From Planctomycetales bacterium (lineage in GTDB: Bacteria > 4484-113 > JAFGCY01): a stretch of DNA of 32,000 nt. The DNA lies in the NCBI GenBank assembly GCA_022646745.1, contig CP060262.1, positions 3,990,001 through 4,022,000 of the forward strand, given 5' to 3'. A model generated the notes under the pieces. It did not search any database, was not told the DNA's origin, and saw only the letters and a list, made by a program, of their open reading frames with translations. The position numbers were made by a program, and so were the translations under genes. This document shows, piece by piece, positions 15,682 through 22,688 of the stretch. Within the stretch, counting starts at the first letter, position 1; each line of letters starts with the position of its first letter.

Positions 15682-16911
15682 GTGGACGCCTCCCGGCTCG
15701 CAGCGCAGATCCTTTCAGACCGCGACGAACTGTTCGCTTCAGACTTCGCGCGCTACCGTGAGCGCCTGGTTTCCATGCTGGCCGACAAGCGCGTGATGGT
15801 GATCGGGGCGGCCGGCAGCATCGGCCGGGCCACTGCTCAGATCCTGCTGGAATGCCGTCCCGCGGCCACTCAGCTGGTTGACCTGAGTGAGAACAACCTC
15901 GCTGAGCTGACCCGCAGCCTGCGTAATGCCTTCCCTGGCAATCCGCCGGAATTCGACTGCTGGGCACTGGATTTCACCGGAGCGCCGTTCATGGGCCTGC
16001 TGGAGCAGAGCCAGCCGGACATCATCCTCAACTTCGCGGCCTTCAAGCATGTGCGCAGTGAGAAGGACCAGTACACCATCGCCGAGATGCTGCGCGTGAA
16101 TGCGCTTGGCAACCGGCAGCTTTTGGACTGGGTGGCGGAAGGTGGCAGCGCATCACGCCTGTTCGTGATCAGTACCGACAAGGCGGTCAACCCCGTGAGT
16201 TGCATGGGTGCCAGCAAGCGCCTGATGGAACGCGTGCTGTTCAGTGCCGCTGCTGACAGCCGCTTCAGCAGAACCAGCCTGACAACCACCCGCTTCGCCA
16301 ATGTGCTGTTCAGTGACGGCAGCCTGCCGCAGAGTTTCCTGATGCGGATGGAACAGGGCCAGCCGCTGGCTGGGCCTGACGACATCGAGCGTTATTTCAT
16401 CACTCCACGCGAGGCCGGCATGCTCTGCCTGCTGGCGGCTTGCCACGATGGCAGCGGGGAAATCCTCATTCCCGACATGCGGGAGGAAGACCTGATGAAA
16501 TTCGATGAGATCGCCCGGCGGCTCCTTGAACTGCGCGGATACGGGTATCACAACTATGGGACGGATACCGCAGCGGCATTTGCCAACTACGAGGCGGACC
16601 TGGCCGCCGGCCGTTACCCCTGCTTGTTCAGCCCGAGCAGCACCAGCGGCGAAAAGGGCTATGAGGAGTTCGTCGAGGAAGGCGAGCAGTTGATTTCTTC
16701 CGATAGCTATGCGGATATCAGCGTGCTGCGCAGCGACCCCGCCATCAGCTACACCGAACTGTGCACTGGACTGGATGAGCTGACGGAGCTTGTAACCGAC
16801 GCAGAGTGGTTACGGAGTTCCTCCAAGGCGGACATTGTCGGACGGATCGCCCGCCTTGTCCCATCATTTGCGCATATTGAGACAGGACGCAACCTGGATC
16901 GCAGTATTTAG
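15682..16911 (+). CDS. CapD/WbpM-like (Polysacc_synt_2) NDP-sugar 4,6-dehydratase/epimerase, soluble form without the N-terminal membrane domain
   Basis: Rossmann motif VMVIGAAGSIGRA, plus FAAFKHVRSEKD and VISTDKAVNPVSCMGASKRLME, which are characteristic of this family. The start is set at GTG 15682 because the upstream part of the ORF (15280-15681) overlaps the ispA-like gene. The ATG at 15775 is an alternative start. Confidence 0.75.
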   Translation: MDASRLAAQILSDRDELFASDFARYRERLVSMLADKRVMVIGAAGSIGRATAQILLECRPAATQLVDLSENNLAELTRSLRNAFPGNPPEFDCWALDFTGAPFMGLLEQSQPDIILNFAAFKHVRSEKDQYTIAEMLRVNALGNRQLLDWVAEGGSASRLFVISTDKAVNPVSCMGASKRLMERVLFSAAADSRFSRTSLTTTRFANVLFSDGSLPQSFLMRMEQGQPLAGPDDIERYFITPREAGMLCLLAACHDGSGEILIPDMREEDLMKFDEIARRLLELRGYGYHNYGTDTAAAFANYEADLAAGRYPCLFSPSSTSGEKGYEEFVEEGEQLISSDSYADISVLRSDPAISYTELCTGLDELTELVTDAEWLRSSSKADIVGRIARLVPSFAHIETGRNLDRSI

Positions 16912-16975
16912 TGCCCGAGCGGTACCCCTGCACGGACCAGGTACGTGTTAAAACAGGATGACCAGCTTACGCAAC

Positions 16976-17005
16976 TTGAGTAAACTGCGATAATTAACAT
17001 ATAAT
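16976..17005 (+). promoter_or_regulatory. sigma70-like promoter TTGAGT-N18-TATAAT
   Basis: Lies in the AT-rich 129-nt intergenic region upstream of the CBS-nucleotidyltransferase gene. Confidence 0.4.
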
Positions 17006-17012
17006 CCACAAG

Positions 17013-17030
17013 GCATCATTTCCCTGATGC
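17013..17030 (+). promoter_or_regulatory. 5'-UTR hairpin GCATCA-TTTCCC-TGATGC just upstream of the SD (AGGA)
   Basis: Perfect 6-bp inverted repeat ending 10 nt before the ATG at 17041. Confidence 0.35.
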
Positions 17031-17040
17031 ACAGGAATCC

Positions 17041-18207
17041 ATGGCTATAACAGCAGACGGATCGCGGGAAGCAGTTGCGATGGTCCCCCCGGACCTGAGC
17101 ATATCCGAGCTACACCGGATTCTCGCGGACAATCAGACAGGACACGCTGTGATCGTTGATGAGGGTCGCTATATCGGCCTGGTGACACGTGCGCAGATAG
17201 CCGCCGCAGACAATGGAAATGGCAGCAGTGCAACAGCTGTCGCCAGCCTGCCGAGCCTCGAATCCCCGATGCTGCCAGAGCACAGCTCCCCGCTGGCCAT
17301 CCGCCACTACCTGCGCGAAGAAAGCACGGAGTACATCCCCTTCGTGAACCGCCAGGGCCAGGTGACCAGCGTGCTCAGCCGAGAGGACGCAATGAAAAAC
17401 GGGCTGTACGCCAACGCAGCCGTGATCATGGCTGGCGGGTTTGGAGTGCGCCTGCGCCCGATCACCGACAGCATCCCGAAGCCGATGGTCCCGCTGGTTG
17501 ACGGCCGCATGATCGACCGCATCATCAACCACCTGCTGGACTGCGGCTTTTACCGCTTCTACGTCGCCGTGCACTACATGAAGGAAATGATCATGGAGTA
17601 CCTCGGCGATGGCAGCGACCGCGGTATCGAGATCAAGTACATAGTCGAGGAGACCCCGCAGGGAACGGCAGGCAGCCTGCGTACCCTGATCGACCAGGAG
17701 AACCTGCCGATCGTGGTCACCAACGGTGACGTGATCACCAACCAGCGCTTCGGAGACATCCTGCGCTTCCACAAGTCCAACAAAGCCGACATCACCGTGG
17801 TCTGCCGCGAGGATGGCGTGAACATCAGCTACGGCGTGGTGGAGAGCGACGAACAGGGCAACCTGCTCGACATCAACGAGAAGCCTCGCCTGAACTACCT
17901 GATCAACACGGGCATGTACATCGTGAACCCCGGCGTGTTTGAGAACGTGCCGGACAAGAAGTGCTTCATGACCGATGTGATCGGCGCCACCCGTGAGCAT
18001 GGCGGTACGGTGAAGGTGTTCCAGTGCCATGAATACTGGCGTGATGTGGGCACCATCGACTGCTATGCCCAGGTGATCAAGGACATCAAGAGCGGCCTCG
18101 TGCGCAACCTGCCGCCGATCCTGCCGGTCAGCCACAAGAGCAGCGAGCTGGTCCATCCGGGACTGAGCCATGAGGAAATGCTCGAATCCATCAACAGCGG
18201 TGCCTGA
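17041..18207 (+). CDS. CBS-domain-containing sugar-phosphate nucleotidyltransferase
   Basis: 388 aa. The N-terminal ~120 aa is a CBS-pair-like region. It is followed by NTP_transferase motifs AVIMAGGFGVRLRPITDSIPKPMVPL and GTAGSL. Confidence 0.8.
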   Translation: MAITADGSREAVAMVPPDLSISELHRILADNQTGHAVIVDEGRYIGLVTRAQIAAADNGNGSSATAVASLPSLESPMLPEHSSPLAIRHYLREESTEYIPFVNRQGQVTSVLSREDAMKNGLYANAAVIMAGGFGVRLRPITDSIPKPMVPLVDGRMIDRIINHLLDCGFYRFYVAVHYMKEMIMEYLGDGSDRGIEIKYIVEETPQGTAGSLRTLIDQENLPIVVTNGDVITNQRFGDILRFHKSNKADITVVCREDGVNISYGVVESDEQGNLLDINEKPRLNYLINTGMYIVNPGVFENVPDKKCFMTDVIGATREHGGTVKVFQCHEYWRDVGTIDCYAQVIKDIKSGLVRNLPPILPVSHKSSELVHPGLSHEEMLESINSGA

Positions 18208-18247
18208 GCGTAGCCAGTCCCGCACTTTTCTGGTAAAATCCAGCCCC

Positions 18248-18275
18248 TTTACAGTGCGGCAGTGTGCTGTATAAT
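18248..18275 (+). promoter_or_regulatory. sigma70-like promoter TTTACA-N16-TATAAT for the rpsP operon
   Basis: Near-consensus hexamers about 32 nt upstream of the rpsP ATG. Confidence 0.5.
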
Positions 18276-18306
18276 ACGAGGTTCATTCCAGCAGGACTAT
18301 ATAGAA

Positions 18307-18558
18307 ATGGCAGTAAAGATCAGACTGATGAGAATCGGCAAGACCAAGCAGCCCAGCTACCGTGTGGTGGTGAAGGAAGCTCGTACCCCGCGCAGCGGCA
18401 AGTACATTGAGCAGCTCGGCTTCTACAACCCGCTCACCGAGCCCGCCGACGTGCGCCTCGATGAGGAGCGGATCAAGTACTGGCTTGGCGTCGGTGCCCA
18501 GCCCACCGAGCGTGTCCGCACACTCATCAGCAAGAATACTTCCATCGAAGTGAAGTAA
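18307..18558 (+). CDS. rpsP: 30S ribosomal protein S16
   Basis: The [23 protein letters not shown]-terminus is canonical S16. The start is set at ATG 18307, not the ORF-track start at 18262. Confidence 0.95.
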   Translation: MAVKIRLMRIGKTKQPSYRVVVKEARTPRSGKYIEQLGFYNPLTEPADVRLDEERIKYWLGVGAQPTERVRTLISKNTSIEVK

Positions 18559-18561
18559 AGC

Positions 18562-18666
18562 ATGTACGGAAACAGAGACAGGGATCACAGGGACCACCGG
18601 GACAGGGGCCGGGACCGTGGTGACCGCGACCATGGCGGTGGCGGCTACGGCAACCGTGACGCCCAG
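18562..18666 (+). repeat. low-complexity RD/RG/H-encoding tract (reiterated AGGGAC/CGGGAC units)
   Basis: Read directly from the sequence and its translation. Confidence 0.6.
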
Positions 18667-18897
18667 ATGTATGATTTCCTCGGCCAGATCGTCAAGCAGT
18701 TCGTGGACAAGCCCGAGCTGGTTGAAATCAAGGATACCCACAGCCCGATGGGCTTGCTGATCGAGATCAAGGTGGATCCGGATGACGTCGGCAAGGTGAT
18801 CGGCAAGGAAGGCCGCATCATCAACGCCATCCGCCAGATCCTCAAGGCCGCCGGCGGCAAGACCACCCGCCGCTTCAAGATCGACCTGGTCTCCTGA
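18562..18897 (+). CDS. KH-domain RNA-binding protein (UPF0109/YlqC-like) with an Arg/Asp/His-rich N-terminal tail
   Basis: The C-terminal 75 aa (MYDFLGQIVKQFVDKPE...GKVIGKEGRIINAIRQIL) is the conserved KH protein found between rpsP and rimM. The ATG at 18562 lies 3 nt after the rpsP stop and adds 35 aa of RDRDHRDHRDRGRDRGDRDHGGGGYGNRD. An alternative start is the ATG at 18667. Confidence 0.8.
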   Translation: MYGNRDRDHRDHRDRGRDRGDRDHGGGGYGNRDAQMYDFLGQIVKQFVDKPELVEIKDTHSPMGLLIEIKVDPDDVGKVIGKEGRIINAIRQILKAAGGKTTRRFKIDLVS

Positions 18898-18899
18898 TC

Positions 18900-19418
18900 A
18901 TGCCGCTGGTCCGCGTCGGCAGCATCCGCAGGCCACACGGAGTCAAGGGCCAGCTCAAGTGCGATTACCGTACGGACCACCCGGAATGGCTTGACCAGCG
19001 CAGCCATTACCTCATATATGACCATCGCAGCGGAGAGGTGCTGCAGCTCACGCTTGCCAGCATCGAACATTACCACGACTGCTTCCTCGCATCCTTCAAT
19101 GAGATAACGAGCCCGGAGGATGGCCAGCGCTTCAACGGCTGGGACATCATGTACTGGGTCGCGCGCGGCGCCCTGCCCCGTGAGGAAGGCGAGGTCTACT
19201 TCTTCGAGCTTGAAGGCATGGAAGTGCGTACCAGCAATGGTGACATAGTCGGCAAGGTAGTGGATGTCGCTGAGACCGGTGCCGGGATGTTCCTTGAGGT
19301 GCAGGGTGAGAAGCTGATCCTGATCCCCTTCAACATGGAGCATGTGCCGGAGCTGTACCTCGAAGAGGGCTACCTCGTTTCTGACTACAGCCTGCTGGCA
19401 CGGGACAACAGGCAGTGA
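18900..19418 (+). CDS. rimM: 16S rRNA processing protein RimM
   Basis: 172 aa in the conserved position between the KH gene and trmD. N-terminal VRVGSIRRPHGVKGQLK and a C-terminal PRC-barrel-like region. The stop overlaps the trmD start (GTGA). Confidence 0.9.
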   Translation: MPLVRVGSIRRPHGVKGQLKCDYRTDHPEWLDQRSHYLIYDHRSGEVLQLTLASIEHYHDCFLASFNEITSPEDGQRFNGWDIMYWVARGALPREEGEVYFFELEGMEVRTSNGDIVGKVVDVAETGAGMFLEVQGEKLILIPFNMEHVPELYLEEGYLVSDYSLLARDNRQ

Positions 19419-20131
19419 AATTCCACGTGCTGACAATCTTTCCGGACTTCGTTGCCAGCGTGTTCCAGTTCGGGGTGGTGCGCCGCGGCGTGGAAGCCGG
19501 CCTGATCGAACCGCATGTGCATGACCTGCGCGACTGGACCACGGACCGCCACCGCAGCACTGACGACATGCCCTTTGGCGGCGGCCCCGGGATGGTGATG
19601 CGCTGCGAGCCGATCTTCTCCGCCGTTGAGTCCCTCCGCGCTGCCAACCCTGCCCCGCTGCCGCTTGTCTATACCTCACCAGCCGGTGAACCATTCAACC
19701 AGCGGATTGCCGAGGAACTTGCCAACGGGCCGGACCTGCTGCTGCTGTGTGGCCGATATGAAGGTGTCGACCAGCGTGTGCTTGACAACCTGGTGGATCG
19801 CGAGATCAGCATGGGCGACTATGTGCTCAGTGGTGGTGAGCTGCCGGTGATGTGCCTGGTGGACGCCGTGTCCCGGCTGATTCCGGGAGTGGTCGGCGAC
19901 AGCCAGAGTGTGCATGAGGAAAGCTTCACCAATGGGATGCTGGACTGGCCGCATTACACGCGACCGGAAAGCTACCGTGAGTTGAGCGTGCCGGAAGTGT
20001 TGCTCAGCGGGCACCATGCCAACATCGACAGCTGGCGCCACGAACAGGCATTGCTGATGACCTACCGGCGCCGGCCGGAGCTGCTGACACAGGAGCAGCG
20101 AGAACGGGCAAAACAAATACTGGGGCTTTAG
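19415..20131 (+). CDS. trmD: tRNA (guanine37-N1)-methyltransferase
   Basis: FHVLTIFPDF, DDMPFGGGPGMVM, LLCGRYEGVDQRV and SMGDYVLSGGELP are canonical TrmD segments. GTG start. Confidence 0.95.
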   Translation: MKFHVLTIFPDFVASVFQFGVVRRGVEAGLIEPHVHDLRDWTTDRHRSTDDMPFGGGPGMVMRCEPIFSAVESLRAANPAPLPLVYTSPAGEPFNQRIAEELANGPDLLLLCGRYEGVDQRVLDNLVDREISMGDYVLSGGELPVMCLVDAVSRLIPGVVGDSQSVHEESFTNGMLDWPHYTRPESYRELSVPEVLLSGHHANIDSWRHEQALLMTYRRRPELLTQEQRERAKQILGL

Positions 20132-20172
20132 CGTCTGACCGCTGACGGTCAATCGCCACAGGATGGTGCGGG

Positions 20173-20964
20173 ATGAACAACATGAATGTGAGCTTTTCCA
20201 GGCAGAAGGCCCCGGCGCGCAACGGCTCGATGTTCCATGTGGAAGTCAGCGGTGCTGAAGGCCCGCTGCAGCTCAGCCTGACTGGCCCTGCCAGCTTCAG
20301 CGAGGAACAGTCAGTGCGCCGGATCGAGCTGGACGAAGCCAGCAGTTTTGGAATCTATTCAACTGGCCGTCCGGGAAGGGTGATCCTGCGCATCAACGGC
20401 AGCCGTCACATCCTGCGCTTCGAGCCTGCCAACTTCCTGCAGGGCCTGGTATTTGACTGGGTGCCGACGCTTGGACTGTCCATGCTGCTGGCACTGGTGC
20501 TGCGCAGCTTCGCATTCGCGAGCTACTACGTCCCCAGCCCGTCTATGGAGGGCACCCTCTACCCCGGTGACAAGTTCATCGCCGAGAAGTTCAGCACCAA
20601 GGTGCTGAAGGCCCTTCCGCATCGCGGTGAAATCGTTATCTTCCACCACCCCGAGCACCAGAATGAGACCTGGGTCAAGCGCGTGATCGGCCTCCCGGGT
20701 GACCTGGTGGAAATCCGCAATGAGAAGCTGTACATCAACAACGAGCTGGTGCAGGAGGACTACATCAAGGTCACGGATCGGCTGTACGACTTCGGCCCGG
20801 TGGTGGTGCCGGAAGGCAACTACTTCGTGATGGGCGACAACCGCAACAACAGCCTGGACAGCCGCTTCTGGGGCTACCTGCCGCAGGAATACATCGAGGG
20901 AAACCCGGTGCTCGTGTTCTGGCCGCCGCGGCACGCCCGCAGCCTTTCCCGCGAACAGCAGTAA
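20173..20964 (+). CDS. lepB: signal peptidase I with a ~95-aa N-terminal extension
   Basis: Catalytic Ser box SPSMEGTL and Lys box KRVIGLPGD, plus GDNRNNSLDSRFWG. A single TM segment is preceded by ~95 cytoplasmic residues. Confidence 0.85.
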   Translation: MNNMNVSFSRQKAPARNGSMFHVEVSGAEGPLQLSLTGPASFSEEQSVRRIELDEASSFGIYSTGRPGRVILRINGSRHILRFEPANFLQGLVFDWVPTLGLSMLLALVLRSFAFASYYVPSPSMEGTLYPGDKFIAEKFSTKVLKALPHRGEIVIFHHPEHQNETWVKRVIGLPGDLVEIRNEKLYINNELVQEDYIKVTDRLYDFGPVVVPEGNYFVMGDNRNNSLDSRFWGYLPQEYIEGNPVLVFWPPRHARSLSREQQ

Positions 20965-20968
20965 GCCT

Positions 20969-20980
20969 GGGAAATTTCCC
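20969..20980. promoter_or_regulatory. perfect 12-bp palindrome GGGAAATTTCCC just upstream of the rplS promoter -35
   Basis: Read directly. It is centred roughly 48 bp upstream of the predicted rplS transcription start. Confidence 0.3.
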
Positions 20981-20988
20981 CATCCAGC

Positions 20989-21016
20989 TTGCATTCCGAT
21001 GAGCTTGTGCTAGAAT
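20989..21016 (+). promoter_or_regulatory. sigma70-like promoter TTGCAT-N16-TGcTAGAAT (extended -10) for rplS
   Basis: Near-consensus elements in the 117-nt gap between lepB and rplS. Confidence 0.5.
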
Positions 21017-21052
21017 TTTTGGCTCACGGGGCAAGCTCCGTCCTTTGCATGC

Positions 21053-21071
21053 CCGCACTTCCACGGTGCGG
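21053..21071 (+). promoter_or_regulatory. rplS leader hairpin CCGCAC-N7-GTGCGG immediately 5' of the SD (GGGAGA)
   Basis: 6-bp GC-rich stem. A possible autoregulatory ribosomal-protein leader element. Confidence 0.3.
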
Positions 21072-21081
21072 ACGGGAGACC

Positions 21082-21510
21082 ATGATGAAGCAGATCATCG
21101 CGCAGTACAACAAGAAGATGGCCAAGCCTGAGGGCGAGGTTCCCAAGATCGTGCCCGGCGACACCGTCCGCGTGCACATCAACCTCTACGAAGGTGGTAC
21201 CGACCACATCGCCGGCCTGAAGAAGATTCACCGTATTGCCGCGAAAGGTAAGCAGTCCAAGCAGAACGTGGAGCGCATCCAGGTCTTCGAGGGCACCGTG
21301 CTTGCCGTGCATGGCCAGGGCCCGATGCAGAAGGTCACCGTGCGCAAGATCGCTTCCGGCGTGGGCGTTGAGAAGACCTACTTCGTCAACAGTGCCAAGA
21401 TCAACAAGATCGAGGTCACCCGCCACGGTGTGGTGCGCCGCGCCAAGCTGTACTACCTGCGCGACCGCGTCGGTAAGGCGACCCGCCTGAAGGAAAAGAT
21501 GGTCCGCTAA
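21082..21510 (+). CDS. rplS: 50S ribosomal protein L19
   Basis: PGDTVRV..., ERIQVFEGTVLA, VTVRKIASGVGVEKTYF and RRAKLYYLRDRVGKA are canonical L19 segments. The start ATG at 21082 has GGGAGA as SD. Confidence 0.95.
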   Translation: MMKQIIAQYNKKMAKPEGEVPKIVPGDTVRVHINLYEGGTDHIAGLKKIHRIAAKGKQSKQNVERIQVFEGTVLAVHGQGPMQKVTVRKIASGVGVEKTYFVNSAKINKIEVTRHGVVRRAKLYYLRDRVGKATRLKEKMVR

Positions 21511-21537
21511 GCTCGCGGCCCCTTTCAATAGATATTC

Positions 21538-21558
21538 CGGCCGGTGTGCTGCCGGCCG
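21538..21558 (+). other. GC-rich stem-loop CGGCCGG-N7-CCGGCCG between rplS and the second lepB
   Basis: 7 perfect G:C/C:G pairs with no U-tract. The GTG at 21544 lies in the loop. Confidence 0.4.
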
Positions 21559-21573
21559 TCGGAGCAAGTGCCA

Positions 21574-22425
21574 ATGGGTTCCAGACCTGGCGTTGAAATT
21601 CACAGTGAGCGGGCCAAGACGCCTGCTGACGGCACAAGTTCCACCAGAATCTGCATACGCTTCAAGGAGAACCCGGGCGAATCCGTCCACCTGCGCCTGA
21701 GCCGAGGCAGCTTCTCCGACAGCGCCATCCAGCGCGAGATCACTGTTCCCGTTGAGAACAACGAGGCCAACCTCGTGGTGTTCGCGCATGACCGCCCCGG
21801 CGTGGGCTGGCTCAGCGGCCCCGGGTTCCGCCACAAGATCGAGTTCGTGGCTGTGTCCTTCATGCAGGGCCTGCTCTATGAGTGGATCCCCACCATCGTG
21901 ACGGCACTTGGCCTTGCCCTGGTGCTGAAGTCTTTCGTGGTGGCCAGTTTCTTCATTCCCAGCGGCAGCATGGAGCACACCCTTGAAAAGGGAGACCTGC
22001 TGATTGCCGACAAGCTCAGCTACAAGCTGCTCAGCCAGGATCCGGACCGCGGCGACATCATGATCTTCCGCTTCCCGAAGGACCCCAAGAAGGACTACAT
22101 CAAGCGTGTGATCGGCCTGCCCGGCGACAAGGTCAAGGTCTACCATGGCCAGGTCTATGTGAATGGCGACGTGCTGCTTGAAGACGACTATATCGCGGAG
22201 CGCCCGTTCAACGACTACGACGAAGTCACGGTTCCGGAAGGCCATTACTTCGTGATGGGCGACAACCGCAACCACAGCTCCGATAGCCGGGTCTGGGGCT
22301 TCGTTCCTCGCGACAACATCGAAGGTCGCGCCCTGTTCGTGTTCTGGCCCAAGCCCCGCCTGCTGGATAACCATGAGCCGGTGGCGGTTGCGGCAGAGCC
22401 GGATACCCCTGCATCAGCCCCCTGA
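21574..22425 (+). CDS. lepB: signal peptidase I paralog with a ~100-aa N-terminal extension
   Basis: Ser box SGSMEHTL and Lys box KRVIGLPGD, plus GDNRNHSSDSRVWG. The ATG at 21574 (GGAG 9 nt upstream) is preferred over the GTG at 21544. Confidence 0.85.
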   Translation: MGSRPGVEIHSERAKTPADGTSSTRICIRFKENPGESVHLRLSRGSFSDSAIQREITVPVENNEANLVVFAHDRPGVGWLSGPGFRHKIEFVAVSFMQGLLYEWIPTIVTALGLALVLKSFVVASFFIPSGSMEHTLEKGDLLIADKLSYKLLSQDPDRGDIMIFRFPKDPKKDYIKRVIGLPGDKVKVYHGQVYVNGDVLLEDDYIAERPFNDYDEVTVPEGHYFVMGDNRNHSSDSRVWGFVPRDNIEGRALFVFWPKPRLLDNHEPVAVAAEPDTPASAP

Positions 22426-22426
22426 T

Positions 22427-22457
22427 CTGACCTTTTGTCAGTTAACTCTTCTGTTTT
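22427..22457 (+). terminator. weak intrinsic-terminator-like hairpin CTGAC-N5-GTCAG followed by a T-rich tract
   Basis: Starts 2 nt after the lepB2 stop. The stem is only 5 bp. Confidence 0.3.
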
Positions 22458-22631
22458 GGACCAAGCACCCGGAAACTGCTGAAATTCTGGTGTAATCCCC
22501 ATTTGTTTATCGCAAATCCCTTTTATCTGAATTGACTTCAGGCTACAATATGGCCACTGCGAATCAATTGTGAATGGATTCACCAATAGGGACTGGGATC
22601 AATGAAAATCAGGCATATCCACGGAAGGGAC

Positions 22632-22659
22632 TTGTCACTTCCAGTTCCTGTGCTATAAT
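22632..22659 (+). promoter_or_regulatory. sigma70-like promoter TTGTCA-N16-TGcTATAAT (extended -10) for the lipoprotein/TBDR/TonB operon
   Basis: Perfect TATAAT with an upstream TG. The predicted leader to the ATG at 22737 is about 70 nt. Confidence 0.5.
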
Positions 22660-22666
22660 CCGCAGT

Positions 22667-22688
22667 ATTCGAGAATAAAATCTCGAAT
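22667..22688 (+). promoter_or_regulatory. perfect inverted repeat ATTCGAGA-N6-TCTCGAAT at about +1 to +22 of the predicted transcript
   Basis: 8-bp arms. It is either an operator overlapping the transcription start or a 5'-terminal mRNA hairpin. Confidence 0.4.

Noticed and set aside
22489-22613. Possible cobalamin riboswitch upstream of the BtuB-sized receptor operon. Short motifs occur in the expected order: GGTGTAATCC (22489), GCCACTG (22553), AGGGAC (22588), ATCAGG (22608).
   Set aside because: The spacing does not fit the consensus as I remember it. The GC-rich paired regions and a complete B12 box (...GACCTGCC) are absent. The region is AT-rich, and the best promoter lies downstream of these motifs. 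I do not call it as a feature. A cmsearch with RF00174 would settle the question.
22574-22678. 34-codon ORF (MDSPIGTGINENQAYPRKGLVTSSSCAIIRSIRE) inside the AT-rich intergenic region.
   Set aside because: It has no SD, it runs through the predicted promoter and operator, and its composition is not like that of the coding regions here.
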